Of a stretch of DNA of 64,000 nt, positions 35,501 through 47,827 are shown piece by piece. The translations under genes and the position numbers were made by a program. Numbering within the stretch: position 1 is the first letter of the stretch; each line of letters starts with the position of its first letter. The DNA comes from Amoebophrya sp. A120 (Eukaryota; Protista; Dinoflagellata), in assembly GCA_905178155.1 (NCBI GenBank), contig CAJINV010000006.1, positions 750,398 to 814,397 on the forward strand. The letters are read 5' to 3'. The notes under the pieces are model-generated. The model was not told the DNA's origin, ran no database searches, and was given only the letters and a program-made list of their open reading frames with translations.

Positions 35501-37715
35501 ATGAGTACCAAAAGGAATGTAATTTTTGCTACGCGGAGACGGCATCTGTCATGCGGAATGGGCATCAATAAGCTCTCAAAAAATCTGTGATGCTAGAGCA
35601 TGCATCACAGACATCAGGGCTCATGCAAAACGTGCATGACAAGTGTCAGAATCTTCCAGACCCAGACATTTTTACATTTGATAAGAACTTGTTCCGGACT
35701 CTTCTGCGCACGACGCTACGAACACGAACCTTTCTAAGGAGCGCCGGGAGCCGCGGCGGAAGCGGACAGTCGGGAGTCGGGCGCATGCGGAGAGTCGGGC
35801 GCATGGCAACAAGGTATCAATTGCAAATATGTCTGGGTCTGGAAGAGTCGGGGCTTGTCATGCACATTTTGCATGACCCGTCAGGTCTGTGATGCTGTTG
35901 CTAGCATCACAGATTTTTTAAGAGCTTTTTGATGCTAATTACGCATGACAAATGCCCTCTCCGCGTGCCAAGAACTGACTCCTCTTGCTGCTCATGCAAG
36001 AACACAGATATTTTTATCATCCGCAGACAGCATTACCAGTTCCACTTTTCCAGACCAAGACGTTTTTGCAGTTGATACAAGAAGTATTACCCCAATTTCT
36101 ACGAAGAAGAGGAGCAGCAGGCTGCGATTTGCCGGGAGCTAGAGTTCGAAAGCCGCAACAGAAATCCACGCGCGGAAAAATGCCGGGAACTGGAAACTCA
36201 GCTGTCCGCGGTCCGTAGCACGCAAGGAGCAGCGCGGCAGTCTCTCGTTTGAAATATGAAAGCCGGAAGAGAAATCTATCGAATGCAAACATGTCTGCGT
36301 CTGGAACGAACCAACTTGTCATGCTAAATCTGAATCATGTAAAAATGATAATGAAAATCTGTGTTGCATGATTACTTACCAAAAGCTGTCCACTTTTGAG
36401 CTAATCGCGAGGCAGTTTCTCATGCAGGATAGGCATGATAGAAATCTCAAAAAATTTGTCATGCTATGTCCTACATACCAGACCTCATGGTTCATGGAAA
36501 ACCTGCATGACAAGTCTGGTATTCTCCCAGATCCAGACATATTTGCAGTTGATAAAATCCACGCGCGGAGGACAGGTGCCGGGAACTGCGATATCGTAAG
36601 GAAGAATCCCCCCTCCCCATATTGAAAGCGTATTTCTCCGAAAATTTGTGTTGCTGATTTGAGGTCACAAATCACATTTGTCTTGCAAGAAGACCAGGGC
36701 AGAGGCTTCCGCCCCATTATGGAAGCGATTTGCCACGCTGTTGAGCCTACAGAGGGACCGTTTGCCATGCTGAACAACTAGACCCATACGCCCCTACCTA
36801 GCCTCGGGATCTGGTCGCAGTGCCTCTCATCTGCAATACAAAGCTGATTTGTGTACGCAAATCCCGCATCACAGATTTCCGCTTCGATATGGGGAGGGGG
36901 GATTTTTTCTTTTGATATGCGAAATCAGCTGTCCGCGGTCCGTAGCACGCAAGGAGCAGCGCGGCAGTCTCTCGTTTCTGAAATGAACGAGGTAGCTGCC
37001 TTGTTGCAAGCCGTATCAACTGCAAATATCGATCTGGGTCTGGAACAAGAATGCAGCTTGTGATGCTGCATTTGGATAGTAAGTTCCAAAAAAATCTGTA
37101 CTGCGTGAGCAGCGATAAAGGGAATGCAGTTTTTGCTACGCGCGGAGAGGGCATTTTTTGTCATGCGGAATAGGCATTAAAAAGCCCGAAAAAAATCTGT
37201 GATGCTAGGGCATGCATCACAGACATCATGGCTCATGCAAAACGTGCAGGACAGGTGTCGGAATCTTCCAGACCCAGATATATTTGCAATGCATAAGCCG
37301 CCAAAACCAACCCGAGTCCTGCATTGCTCGCAAGTCTGACCGACGAACGGCGGAACGGGAATATAAAAGCTATGGTGAGCAAAAACGTCCCCACCCCAGA
37401 GTCAAGATGGCAAATCCGCTACACAAATCAACCAGTTTTGGCTGTTGCGCATGACAAATTTGGGCTCGCAGTGTGGTCATGTTTAGCTAGTGAAGCAGCG
37501 TCGCAGGTCTAGCATAGCATGCGGATGTGAGCATGACAAATCGCAAAACACGAGTACTAGAAACTGCTTCTCATGCTTCTCCGCTTGAGAAACATTTTCA
37601 GCATGCAGATTTGAACTACAGCTCTGGGGTGGGGACGTTTTTACAAATGATAAAAGCCGTCCTGCCCCCTCACATTCGAGCAAGAATCAACGGGACTCCT
37701 AGTTCCAGAAGGTAA
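32509..37715 (+). CDS. Gene 4: putative secreted C3H-like zinc-finger protein split by 11 introners; possibly damaged (truncated first element, 1-nt frameshift near 36250)
   Basis: Leader MLRLTTLVVSAHLVVCPFLATAVSLA; module SRGSADHPVDCAKPCFF..GCKDGKNCARCHLC at ~32740-32858; RVRFAED at 33159-33179; successive in-frame joins to stop at 37713-37715. Confidence 0.75.
32884..33015. mobile_element. Introner family D lacking its right TIR end and TSD
   Basis: Colinear with the reverse complement of 51630-51779 up to CTAGTAC, then ~19 terminal bp are missing. Confidence 0.8.
33491..33749. mobile_element. Older, divergent introner
   Basis: TATG..AAAAAAGTG / CACTTTTTT..CATA; TSD GAGGA/GAGGA; 264-nt removal joins ORFs 32979 and 33729 in frame. 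Confidence 0.82.
34532..34844. mobile_element. Introner family C
   Basis: TATCGTGGGGAAAAATCCCTCCTCCCCATAT; TSD CAGCG/CAGCG. Confidence 0.88.
34877..35138. mobile_element. Introner family A
   Basis: Perfect TIR; TSD GAACA/GAACT. Confidence 0.92.
35216..35378. mobile_element. Introner family D
   Basis: TACGCATTGCAAAAGTATCGCA / TGCGATGCGTTTGCACAGGATA; TSD degenerate. Confidence 0.75.
35422..35683. mobile_element. Introner family A
   Basis: Perfect TIR; TSD AGAAC/AGAAC. Confidence 0.93.
35815..36077. mobile_element. Introner family A, reverse orientation relative to its neighbours
   Basis: TSD CAAGG/CAAGA; interior inverted relative to 35422-35683. Confidence 0.9.
36277..36554. mobile_element. 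Introner family A
   Basis: TSD AAATC/AAATC; empty paralogous site at ~36162. Confidence 0.92.
36592..36917. mobile_element. Introner family C
   Basis: TSD TGCGA/TGCGA; opposite orientation to 18682-18994; empty paralogous site at ~36191. Confidence 0.9.
37014..37295. mobile_element. Introner family A
   Basis: TSD AGCCG/AGCCG. Confidence 0.92.
37371..37652. mobile_element. Introner family B
   Basis: AAAAACGTCCCCACCCCAGAG / CTCTGGGGTGGGGACGTTTTT; TSD AAAGC/AAAGC. Confidence 0.9.
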
Positions 37716-38670
37716 AGGGCTATATTTAAAAATGTCTAGTTGCTGCGGGTCGCAGTAAAGCCATTGAAGGTTTCGGAATCAAAAGCCTTCGCGGATTCTT
37801 CCTTGCTGTCGCGATTCTTCAGTATTTTTTCATTAACTACTTTATGCAATTCTTCGTATAATAATGCACTCTCTGATGATCATGTCCTAGGAAGTAGTCA
37901 GAAGCAGCTATCGTTCCAAAAAATTATCTCATATACTAAAGAGAATCTAACCGGCGACCTTTTATTCCATTTTCGTCTTTTTTCGTGCTCTGTCTACCTA
38001 GTAAATATGTCTGAAAGCCTTTATTGATTCAGTGAGAGTAAAAACTCTCGATGGATAGTCGACTTGAAAAATTGTTGAATACAGCGCTCTGGAGGACTTT
38101 TTTGTACACGACAATATCGACAGTTTATTTCATTTTCAACAATCACCAACAGCGTCACACTAAATTTCACGCACTTGTTTATTTCAACTCTTTTACTACA
38201 AGTCAAGCTTATTTAGAAGTGCGTGGTCTTCATTTTCTGCGTAAGTAGTTCTACTTGTGCAGAGCGAAGAGCGATTGTCACATCGAAAAAAACCTGCTTC
38301 ACCCGTCCCACCGCGGCCCTACGGCCCGGGCTGCAAGGGTCTTGCAGGCGGGAGAAGGAAGGCATCAAATGTGAACTCTTCTACTCAACATCTTCTTCGG
38401 GTCAATTGACTACCGAGTGAAAGTAGATCGTAGAGATTTCTCTCTCTTAGACATTTAATCCTGCTAAGTATTGAACTGCTGGATCATTCCCTTGAACAAT
38501 AACTCACACGTCAATTTCGTACCTGAATATTAAAACAATGATGCTGATATGTTGGTGAAAAAAATAAACTGTCCCCGGTGCCCTCTCTCTTCGTGTAGGA
38601 GAAATGGCTGATGAACCTGGTCTCCTGTTGACAACTTGTAGATCTTCACGTGTTCGCGCTTACTTGTAGA
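37705..38670 (+). repeat. ~1 kb segment duplicated at 49603-50600
   Basis: Long colinear near-identity by eye (e.g. tgctgcgggtcgcagt...aaagccattgaaggtttcggaatcaaaagccttcgcggattc). Confidence 0.92.
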
Positions 38671-39405
38671 AGATCTACTTCACATAGAAATACTTCCCAG
38701 TTTATTTCCTGGATACACAGGAACGGCACAAAAAATCCGCGATCTCATTATGATCTTGCACAACTGCCACAAGAAAAATCCGATCAAAATGTAAATGTTG
38801 AAAACGCGATCATAGGCCGTAACGCAGAATAAAATGCATGGTCTTGGCGATCCAGTTCTCTGTTCCTAGAAAATCTGGTTGAAGATGTATGAGTAACTAC
38901 TGCGGTCAGGTCAGACTGAAATGAAAAACAAAGATGTGAGTCGTGTTTCCGTTTCAATTCCAACCCATTTATTTTCCGCTACAAGACTAGAATCTGGCTC
39001 ACCAGAAAAATACCGACAGTGCCTCCAGAGGACGCATCTGACTTCTCACCACGCAGTACGACAGATTGCATTTCCACGTACAGTTAAGTCTAAGGAACAT
39101 CACTTCACCTAACTCGGCTATTATACAACAATACTCTTGGTTCTGCGTTTTACTTTTACGTCCATCATTTCCATCCGTCTATTCACTTCGAGATTAAGGA
39201 GCTTCATTTTGCATTTTCATGAAAGTATAAAAGGGTATTATTGTCGCAGTGTATAATCCACAGCCGGCCTGGTCTCGATAGAGTCGCCACAGGTTTTTTT
39301 GAGTATTTTCCACGTGTTATTTGTAAAACAACGTACTATAGTTCTGATCTTCACAAAACATTTTATTGCAGTTTGCTCTTTGGCTTAGATCCATCAACTC
39401 ACAAA

Positions 39406-41697
39406 ATGGCTGTAAAGAACCACGTGAAAAATAACTGGATCCTATTCCAGTTCTGTGTAGTAACTTGGTACTACGGCGCTTTCGCCGCCACAGTGCCGGC
39501 GTCCTCCAGTGCACCAGCCACTAGTTACGTTCCCCCTCCGCTCCTCTCCAAAGGCAGCTGCCCAGCTAACGCCTGTTTCAACTGCAGCAACCCGTGCAAA
39601 GCGCACAACCTCGCGAAAAAGGAGCAGAACGGCCCTCCGACGAACCAGAAGTCCCGGTTGTATCAGACCGGTTTCCGCAGTCCCCAGGCTCTGAAGCGCC
39701 AGAGAAAGCGGGAGCGGGGGTGTGCCGCCGGAGCGGACTGCGAGTTTTGCCACAGTTGCCCATACAGCAACGACCGAGCCGCGTGGCGGGCGGAAAGAAA
39801 AGAAATTTTGAACGCGGTAGTGCAGGACCAGCAGGAGGATGCACGACGAGAAGATGAACGGGAAGTAACGTACTACGCTCCCACGCCCGACAGTGTCGAC
39901 GGCGAAGTACACCTTCTTCCCTCGTGGACGAGGGCCACGCCCTCTGCAGGACACCATCAGGAAGAAATGTTACCCGCGGCCGCACTAGGAGTTCCTCTTG
40001 CACACGGCTTGTTGGCTGCTCCTGCTGCACCAGGTACAACAATTACTAGTGCGGATGAAGATGTTCTTGAGCCAACGACCACCGTCTATTACGCACCCAC
40101 GCCATCGCCAGGGAGTGTCGCGGGAGCCTGGAGGTCTTCGAGGTCCCGTGCGCAGCAAGAAGGTCTTTTAATACAACCGGCGGGGATGTGGTTTGGGGAG
40201 CAGGCTGATGAATCACGGATGCAACGACCAGCAGTAGACCACGACGGTGATGAAGTAGAAGGCACTGAAAGTGATCAACAAAACTCAGACGACGACGACG
40301 CATCTTCATCTGCAATCCCATTTGTGCCTTATTTTCGGTACCCACAGGCACCTCCTCCGGGAGCCATGAATGACGTAGTTCTTAATGGCAGCACGAGTGT
40401 GATGAGCACACCGGTAGGAGGTCGTGGGAGAAGTGGACAGGGAAGATTTCATCCCAGCAGCGCCTGCTCCAGAGCGTCGTCGGCTGCAAGTAGCAGGACA
40501 ACGGCGAACCTTTTTTTCCCTCCGACCCCGGATCGCTTTGAAACAGGGCAAAACCCGCGTGAAGAAAGTAGAACCACGACCGGCGCTGCTGGACCTTCGA
40601 ACACGCAGCCAGAAAGGGTGCGATCGGTGTCGCCCGAACTACCGCCTTCGTTGTCGCTTGGCTCGCTTGGACACCCGGCGACCTGCCAGGCCCCCTGCAA
40701 ATTTTTTTGGAAAAACAGGGGGTGCAAGGAGGGTACGAACTGTGACTTTTGCCACTCCTGTCCGCATAAAAACGTCAAGGGGGGCACGGCAGAGGCGGTC
40801 AGACGGAAAAACTTCTTTGCGGGAGGAGGGCTACAGCAGCCGCAAGAACATCAGGCGAGGATGCAGCAGGAGACACAACCTCCGGCTCGGGGGCCCAGCA
40901 CGGTGCCTTTATCGCGTCCCCCAGGTGTATTTTTTGCACCCGCGGCCCCGCAGGAGCCGGCGGGGATGCGCCACAGCACGAACACCGCCCCGCCGCCAGC
41001 AGAACTTGAAGTGAAACCTTGCCCCCCGACGCCGAACGACTTTGAAGACGCCCCCGGCTTTTACAAACCCCTGTCCGAAGGGACCATCGGCCATCCGCAC
41101 ACCTGCCAGGCGGCTTGTACGCGTTTTTGGACGACGGCGGGGTGCCCGGACGGAGAGAAGTGCAGGTTTTGTCACGCATGCGGCGTGTTTGGTCTTCGTC
41201 GAGCTGCAATGACGGGACAGGAAAGTCAAGGTCAGCTACAAGGCCGCAGGCCGCCGAGCAAAAAACAACTACGCCGGGCACTGCGGGAAGAGGCACAAGG
41301 GCAGCTGAAGGAAGAATGGTCCGAGATTCAACAACACCTTGAAGAAACACGCGCAGGAGCAGGTGTCGAGCATCAAAGTGATACAACTTCTAGATACCGC
41401 TGGAAAAATAACGCAGCTCCCTTAGCTCCCGTCCCAGAAGAAGGAGACCTGGGCGGGTCTTTCGCAACAATTGCGGCGCTGTCGATACCAACACAGGCTC
41501 GTGCTGGTGTAGTAGTACCGCGGAGAAAGAACTGCGCTGCTGCTGCCTCTGCTGCTGCCAGCGAGCAGCGGGCTGGCGATATGAATTTGCGAACAACAAC
41601 GCAGCATGAAGATGCAGTTCTTCTGCTTCAGCAGGACGAGGAGGATCAAAAAGAAAGTGACAAGGGTCTTGAAGAGCCTTCGTGTGCGCAGCAGTGA
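39406..41697 (+). CDS. Gene 5: intronless putative secreted protein (763 aa) with three C3H-like modules
   Basis: First ATG of ORF 39241; leader MAVKNHVKNNWILFQFCVVTWYYGAFAA; modules at ~39544-39762, 40651-40764 (SLGSLGHPATCQAPCKFFWKNRGCKEGTNCDFCHSC) and 41071-41181. Confidence 0.88.
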   Translation: MAVKNHVKNNWILFQFCVVTWYYGAFAATVPASSSAPATSYVPPPLLSKGSCPANACFNCSNPCKAHNLAKKEQNGPPTNQKSRLYQTGFRSPQALKRQRKRERGCAAGADCEFCHSCPYSNDRAAWRAERKEILNAVVQDQQEDARREDEREVTYYAPTPDSVDGEVHLLPSWTRATPSAGHHQEEMLPAAALGVPLAHGLLAAPAAPGTTITSADEDVLEPTTTVYYAPTPSPGSVAGAWRSSRSRAQQEGLLIQPAGMWFGEQADESRMQRPAVDHDGDEVEGTESDQQNSDDDDASSSAIPFVPYFRYPQAPPPGAMNDVVLNGSTSVMSTPVGGRGRSGQGRFHPSSACSRASSAASSRTTANLFFPPTPDRFETGQNPREESRTTTGAAGPSNTQPERVRSVSPELPPSLSLGSLGHPATCQAPCKFFWKNRGCKEGTNCDFCHSCPHKNVKGGTAEAVRRKNFFAGGGLQQPQEHQARMQQETQPPARGPSTVPLSRPPGVFFAPAAPQEPAGMRHSTNTAPPPAELEVKPCPPTPNDFEDAPGFYKPLSEGTIGHPHTCQAACTRFWTTAGCPDGEKCRFCHACGVFGLRRAAMTGQESQGQLQGRRPPSKKQLRRALREEAQGQLKEEWSEIQQHLEETRAGAGVEHQSDTTSRYRWKNNAAPLAPVPEEGDLGGSFATIAALSIPTQARAGVVVPRRKNCAAAASAAASEQRAGDMNLRTTTQHEDAVLLLQQDEEDQKESDKGLEEPSCAQQ

Positions 41698-43908
41698 TTT
41701 TCTTTCGAGCCACTTGCACTTGGAAGACCCAGATCGAATCGTGTTTAATGTTCTACTTCTGCCTCGGTATCGCTATCGTTAATTTGGTCCAAGAACATCA
41801 TACTTTTTTATGTAGTGGAAAAGTGAGTTTAGCTTTATTTTTTCCGCTTTACGATGAACAACTAGAACTACAAACACACCCTTCAAAAAGGCTCAAAGTT
41901 AAAATCAGGTCAAGAGCACCAGCACTTTCGCAAACCTTTGTAGTAAGAGACAGCTTGTTTTTCAGACATTCAAACGCTTTACTATTGATTCACAACAGCA
42001 CTCTACTTGTTCTTCAACAGCACTAGGTTTTTGCTCGTGCAGCAGAAGCAGAAGAAGCTCGTCGTTCTCAGTTTTCAACAAACATAACGCTCCCTTTGGG
42101 ATTTTAGTTTTCAATATGTAGGTCTATAGCCAGAAGTTGCTTAGCCAGCTCGTCGTGTTTTTAGTGAAGGCAGTAACGCGAGCCACGACGTGAGGGGAAA
42201 GAATAACTTTCAGGAGGTTCCACGTGACTGAGCCTCACAACAAACAAAGTATAGCGTTAGTTCTTCCACCTGGGATTTTTTCATTGAAGTTGTTGTACTG
42301 TCGCTCTTGCCAACATAACCATGCTTTACTACTGTCCATTGACGTTTTGATTCGTATTCATTCTTTGAATACACGACGTTTTGTGCCGAGCACCAGTGCT
42401 TCATGATGCATAGGACCGAACGATAATAATTTCAGCGCGCGCGCCGCCTACTAACTTGGTTCGTATTTTACTGCTGTGAGGCCATTGATTACATAGAACT
42501 AGACTTCTTGCTTGAAAATCAAAAGTACCTTCACAACAAGAGCATGAAATTTCTGCACTTTGAAGAATTATTCGGAAGCAAAAATGGCACACGCACTACA
42601 TCTAAAAAATGATCTAGACAGGAACCCGTTACAACCCGTCAACATGTTGGCTACCGGCAAGTAGAAGATGAGAAAACATAAAAGGCTAGAAATATTACGT
42701 CAACTACAAAACAACTGCAGTCTAGAAATTGTAGTGGATGCAACATCATCGTCGATGTTGAGCATTGTTACAACTACAGCTGACAGCTTCTGAAGCCAAG
42801 GAGTTCCTGTTTTGTGCTCGATGAGCGGCATGGCGTGGACAATAACAACTGACTGGAAATCGTATAGAGGTCCGTTGTGAACAAGGTAAAACGAAGTGTC
42901 GGTCGTGATCGAAAAACTTGTGCCCAGAGTAGAAATGAAATCTTCATGCGCAGGATCAGGCATGCGCATGCGTAGGGAGAAGAAGGAACGATAACGAAGA
43001 AGATCATTGTTATTTCGGTGCAGGTTGAATTGTGATCGTGGTAAAGTGTGTGAACTAAGAAACCCCTCGATCATGTGGAAGATCCGCAAAAATTGTGAAT
43101 GATCAGGAACACTACTTGACTTAGGAAAATCCGTGCTCTATTTTGACTCTTGATCTTCTCTGCAGTATTTGCACTTGATCCTTGATCATCAATCGAAATA
43201 TATTTATAAACGTCGGTTACTATGTGGTTTTTCGAAAAAAAAAAGTGATTATAGTCTGAGATGGAACTACATGGTTGCAGCTCAGCCTTCTGCAGCTGTC
43301 GTGTGTAGTCTCTATGCACGACTAAATTTTTCACAAACCCTGCTTTTCCTCTTCCTACATCCACAACTGCCAGTTCCCTGAAAAAAGCATAGTCCTAGTC
43401 CCTACTTGCGCTGAAGTTTAATTCAGAGCATAAAAGTTCTTGACACAACATCAAGTAGCGACAACATCATAGCCAAAAAAACCAAAAGCCTCAACAAGTT
43501 TTAAGAATTCGGCCGATTGTTAAATATCAATTTGTCGCGACAGATTCATTTATTTTCCGATATTTTTTCCAGTCAAACAACAGTATAGAAATCGCAGGTC
43601 GCCGTTTGGCTTGCTACAAATTTTGGACGATTTACATTTACAAAGCACAAGCAGTACTTCGGGATAATTCACTTCTTGAGCAGAACTAAAACTTCCGCGA
43701 AAGTAAAGGAAGAAAAGCATACCGACTGTAACTCGAACGCATCAAGTTTATTTTTCGACAATTTCATCTACATTGCAGCAGCAGCCCTGAAGAAGAAGGG
43801 TATAGTAAGTATTGATTAACCGTAGTGCAACAACGAGCACACCACGAACCGTCTACGGCAACAAGGTCAAGAGGCGTAGTATAAAGGAGGGAAGAAAGCA
43901 CGACCAAC

Positions 43909-45189
43909 ATGTTGCGTAGTTCCAACGGGTCTTCAGCATCCTGCCCCGCCGCCGTCTTCGGGCCCCGGGTGAAAAGCTTGCCTCTCTTGGTCGTGTCGCA
44001 CTTGCTCTACTTGTCATTATGCGGAGGAGGATCGTCTTCGTCGTCCACAGGATCCCTACTACTTCAAGCCGCGTCCGCGGTGAAACTTGCTGCCGCAGGA
44101 GAGCGCCGACGTAGTAAACCTCCCGGGCCGCCGCGTCGTGTCGATCATCCACTGCCCGCGAACTTTGTCGAGGTCACCAAGGGTAGCGTTAGCCACCCTG
44201 TGTCATGCAACGACCCATGCAAGTTCGCTCGGAGAGGAAGGGGCTGCAAAGACGGGGTCGAGTGTGATCGCTGCCACGTGTGTACGTGGACGAGAGAGGC
44301 TGAAGCGGAACGTCGTCGAAATAGGCTGGGTACTAGGCGTGGTCGTACGAACGAAACGACCGGCAATAGCTGCCCGCCACCACCTCCTCCTCACCCTGCG
44401 GCCCGCCACGACGACGGTCAACAGAGGCTGCTCCGGAGCGGGAGTAGCGCACCAGCTGCTGCTCCTTCTAGCAGGCAGTGGCGGGCAGCTGCAGCTGCCC
44501 CGAGCTGCGCACCAACTGTCACCGGTCAGCCACAATTTCCTCCAGGCTCGTGGTCCTCTCCTACGACCAATTTTGCAGCAGGAGCGGCACCGAGCTGCAG
44601 AAGGCCCTCTCACGGTTCCACCTCGAGTTTTGATACTAACACGTGGCAAGAACAGCAGGATCTTCCTGCTTCCCCAGCGCCTCCTTCCCCGGGGCCTCCT
44701 TCCCCGGGGCACCAGCAAGGCCAACTTTATACAGTGCAGTGGGTGGCATGTCCTGTGATCGGTCTAGTAACTGAGGAGCAGGCGTGGACAAACGGGCTCT
44801 TGCCTGCAGCCGGTCCTAGTTCACCTTTCCAACAATCGCAGGGCAATTTTGAAAATGCCAGCGATCTGAACAATTCTCCACCCCCTGGGGTGTCGTCCTG
44901 CAGTGGTACGCAAATGATGCCCGAGCCGCCCGCGAATAGTTACGGAATGTCACCGCAGATGAGCTCCGGGAGCACGCCGCCGGACCAGCGCTCCGGGACC
45001 ACGGGGTCCTCCTCCGACCCAAGTACAACCGCGGCGTCGACATCAACGCCGACTTTTGCCGCTTTTAGTGCTAGGGACGCAATGTATTTCCCCGGCGCGG
45101 GCGATACCGTGGCGTCGACACCCTCGCCAACCTTTGCCGCTTTTTTCGAACGTGCTAGCGATGCAAAGCATTTGACGCGGGACAAGTAA
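43909..45189 (+). CDS. Gene 6: intronless putative secreted C3H-like protein (426 aa)
   Basis: Hydrophobic LPLLVVSHLLYLSLC...ASAVKL; module TKGSVSHPVSCNDPCKFARRGRGCKDGVECDRCHVC at ~44173-44283. Confidence 0.88.
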   Translation: MLRSSNGSSASCPAAVFGPRVKSLPLLVVSHLLYLSLCGGGSSSSSTGSLLLQAASAVKLAAAGERRRSKPPGPPRRVDHPLPANFVEVTKGSVSHPVSCNDPCKFARRGRGCKDGVECDRCHVCTWTREAEAERRRNRLGTRRGRTNETTGNSCPPPPPPHPAARHDDGQQRLLRSGSSAPAAAPSSRQWRAAAAAPSCAPTVTGQPQFPPGSWSSPTTNFAAGAAPSCRRPSHGSTSSFDTNTWQEQQDLPASPAPPSPGPPSPGHQQGQLYTVQWVACPVIGLVTEEQAWTNGLLPAAGPSSPFQQSQGNFENASDLNNSPPPGVSSCSGTQMMPEPPANSYGMSPQMSSGSTPPDQRSGTTGSSSDPSTTAASTSTPTFAAFSARDAMYFPGAGDTVASTPSPTFAAFFERASDAKHLTRDK

Positions 45190-46180
45190 CGGGAGTGGCG
45201 GTGAACATTCTTCTACAAGATGCATGTTGCTTCCGAATACATCGCGAGAGCAGTTGCAGTTGCAGCTGGGAGAAGATAATTTTTTGTTTTATTGATGAGA
45301 GCTCTAGAAGGCTGTATTGTGCTGGTGCAACTCGACGTAGCTGGTTTTTACACAGTTGTATAGTCTATTCGACGTTTTGATGTTCCACAATCATGTCGTC
45401 CTTTGCCGATCAGCTTTTCTATGGTGTTGTAAGTACTAGCAAGCAGCTAGCTCACTACAAGATCGGCGACTGTTTTTCTTTTTTGGCATGGTCTGTGAGC
45501 AATTTTTTAGCATATCAAAAATCCAGGGTGCACGACGTTTATTTGCGAGACTTTTGTTGGAGTCTTCTCGTTCTGATTTTATCCATCTATTGACACACCT
45601 ATAACGTGGTAGTCGCATTTGTAACAAGTGTTGTTCGTACGCATACCCGCCCACATGTAGCGTTGACCACGACCTTCTCGGGCTGAGCCTGGAGAGGTTA
45701 CTTACTACGGTGAACACGAGGACATCATGATGCATCGAAAAGCAGACCACACTAGGTGCTACTAGAACAGATGAGAAAGTGAAAATCTAGTACTCAACTT
45801 CCGTGGCTGCTCGACGTCGTGATGATCTTTATAGTACTTCATCGAGCGATCGCAGTCAAACTCAAGCGGTTTAGCAAGTTGAACTCGATGTTGATGTCAA
45901 GTTCACTTTTCTTCTCTAAGACTAAGACTAAGTTAGAATTTGCAGAGGAACTGTATTGATTCTATCCCGAGGAGGTTTTATTTTTAAAGGACCAGCACCA
46001 TCGACGTGATCCTCAACTAACATTTTGAACACGGCGTCTTTTGCCGTGGATCAGGGGACATTTTGAGCTTGTTTTTCGAAAGAGCAATCACATAATCTTC
46101 ACAGCAGGCTTTTTCTTGCGACGTCCCGATATAATTTTCATGCGATTTAGTTGTGGACATCATCGCAAAACTCCGACAAA

Positions 46181-46325
46181 AAGTGCAGAGTACCACAAGG
46201 TACCACGACACGACGCGCCCAGCGGTCGCTTTTTTTGTTGGCCCGCGGACTGCTCGAAGTGCAGAGTACCACAAGGTACCACGACACGACGCGCCCAGCG
46301 GTCGCTTTTTTTGTTGGCCCGCGGA
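46181..46325. repeat. Tandem duplication, two ~69-bp copies (period 76)
   Basis: aagtgcagagtaccacaaggtaccacgacacgacgcgcccagcggtcgctttttttgttggcccgcgga x2. Confidence 0.92.
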
Positions 46326-47827
46326 TTGCCTTAAAAACACTTGATGGAGCATTTTTATAGTAAGTACTAAAGAAGCCCGTACTTCTATGGAGGCTTGGGC
46401 TCCTGCGAGCCGGTACTACTTAACCTGATATAGAAGTACCAACGATTTTATTTCCTGGTTGTGTCCTTCTAAAACATCCCCAGAACTACAACAGTGCGAA
46501 AAACTAAAACAAGAAAACGTCACGACCATAGTACTAGTTCTGGCAGGACACAAAACCAAACTACGCAATCAACAGATAGTAAGTTCTGGCAAGACCAAGA
46601 TGACAAAAAACAAAATTACTATCAAAAACCAAAACGTGGCCACCAGGAAGTGGACTGCGTTTTCGTTCTTGTCCACATAATTTATTATCACACCAGCTAG
46701 TCCTACAGCTGCGCCCTTGTTGCGGAGAGGCTCTGGGTCTGTGCTTGTGAAAATGAAGTTTATTGCCTGTGTTTCTTATTCACGGTTTCGGTTATGTCGG
46801 TCTACACCACAACTAGAAGTTCTGTGGCGCAAAAGAACAAAGAAGAAAAATATAGGTCAACGTCTTGCAGTACCGTAAATAAATGCTGCGCGGCTCCATG
46901 ATTCTAGGAGTAGATCATGCCGAGGGATGAACAGAAATTGATCATTTCTCACAACACCCGTCCGTGAGTGATATTATGAAACGGTAAAAGGATCTTCAAA
47001 ATAAAATTCAATACCTCCTGCGACCACGACGTGATGAATCAGTGCATCGAAGTGATCGAATGCAAAGTAGGAAAGTAAGTCGTACCTTTGGTTGTAAAAA
47101 GACAATAGAACAGATACTCGGTTCTTTTCAATATTGTGAAGCAACTCGAAGTAGAATTGTGCCTACGTCATCTTCGGTGGACAGTAGTATAGTTTTTGCT
47201 TCTCTACTTCCATGACCAACAAATTGTCAGACGCATTGTATTTCAAACTACAGAGCCTCCAGAAAGTACCCGAAGGTGATTTTTATTCAATCAAAACGTA
47301 AGTACAAAACTACAACCTTACAGATTCTGCTTGCAGGTCGTACTCTTTTTGACAGGTGGATAAGGTCTAACAGATACTGACAACGAAGGATTTTCGGGAA
47401 TTCTTTTTCTCAACAAGTACTAGTACAGCTGCCGGAACGATTTAACGTTGTGTACAGCGAAGAAATTCTATTTTCGTGAAAATTTTAAGTATCCCGAGAA
47501 AAAAGTGTTACAGTTACGCACTTGTTGGAGTTTCTGCATCACAAATTTTCTTTGTGTGACAGAGAAAACTTTTAATGCGAAGATCACAAGGGAAAACAGG
47601 AAGGAAGCGAAGCTCCGAAGCATTTCCTGCATGAGAAAGGTTGTCTCTGTTGCCAGTCTTGCATGACAATGTGTAACTGTAACACTTATTTCTTGCGATA
47701 TTAAGTGATAAAAAAAATACTACACAGCCTTGTAGTTCTACTAGATCTGTTCCTCTCAATAAATCAAGTCGTAAAAACTACACGTACACAGGAATTTTCT
47801 GTCATCTTCTGACAACGCGCAAATAAA

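Noticed and set aside
39241-39405. N-terminal extension of gene 5 from TTG at 39241
   Set aside because: Non-ATG start; the ATG at 39406 places the hydrophobic leader at the N-terminus as in the paralogs.
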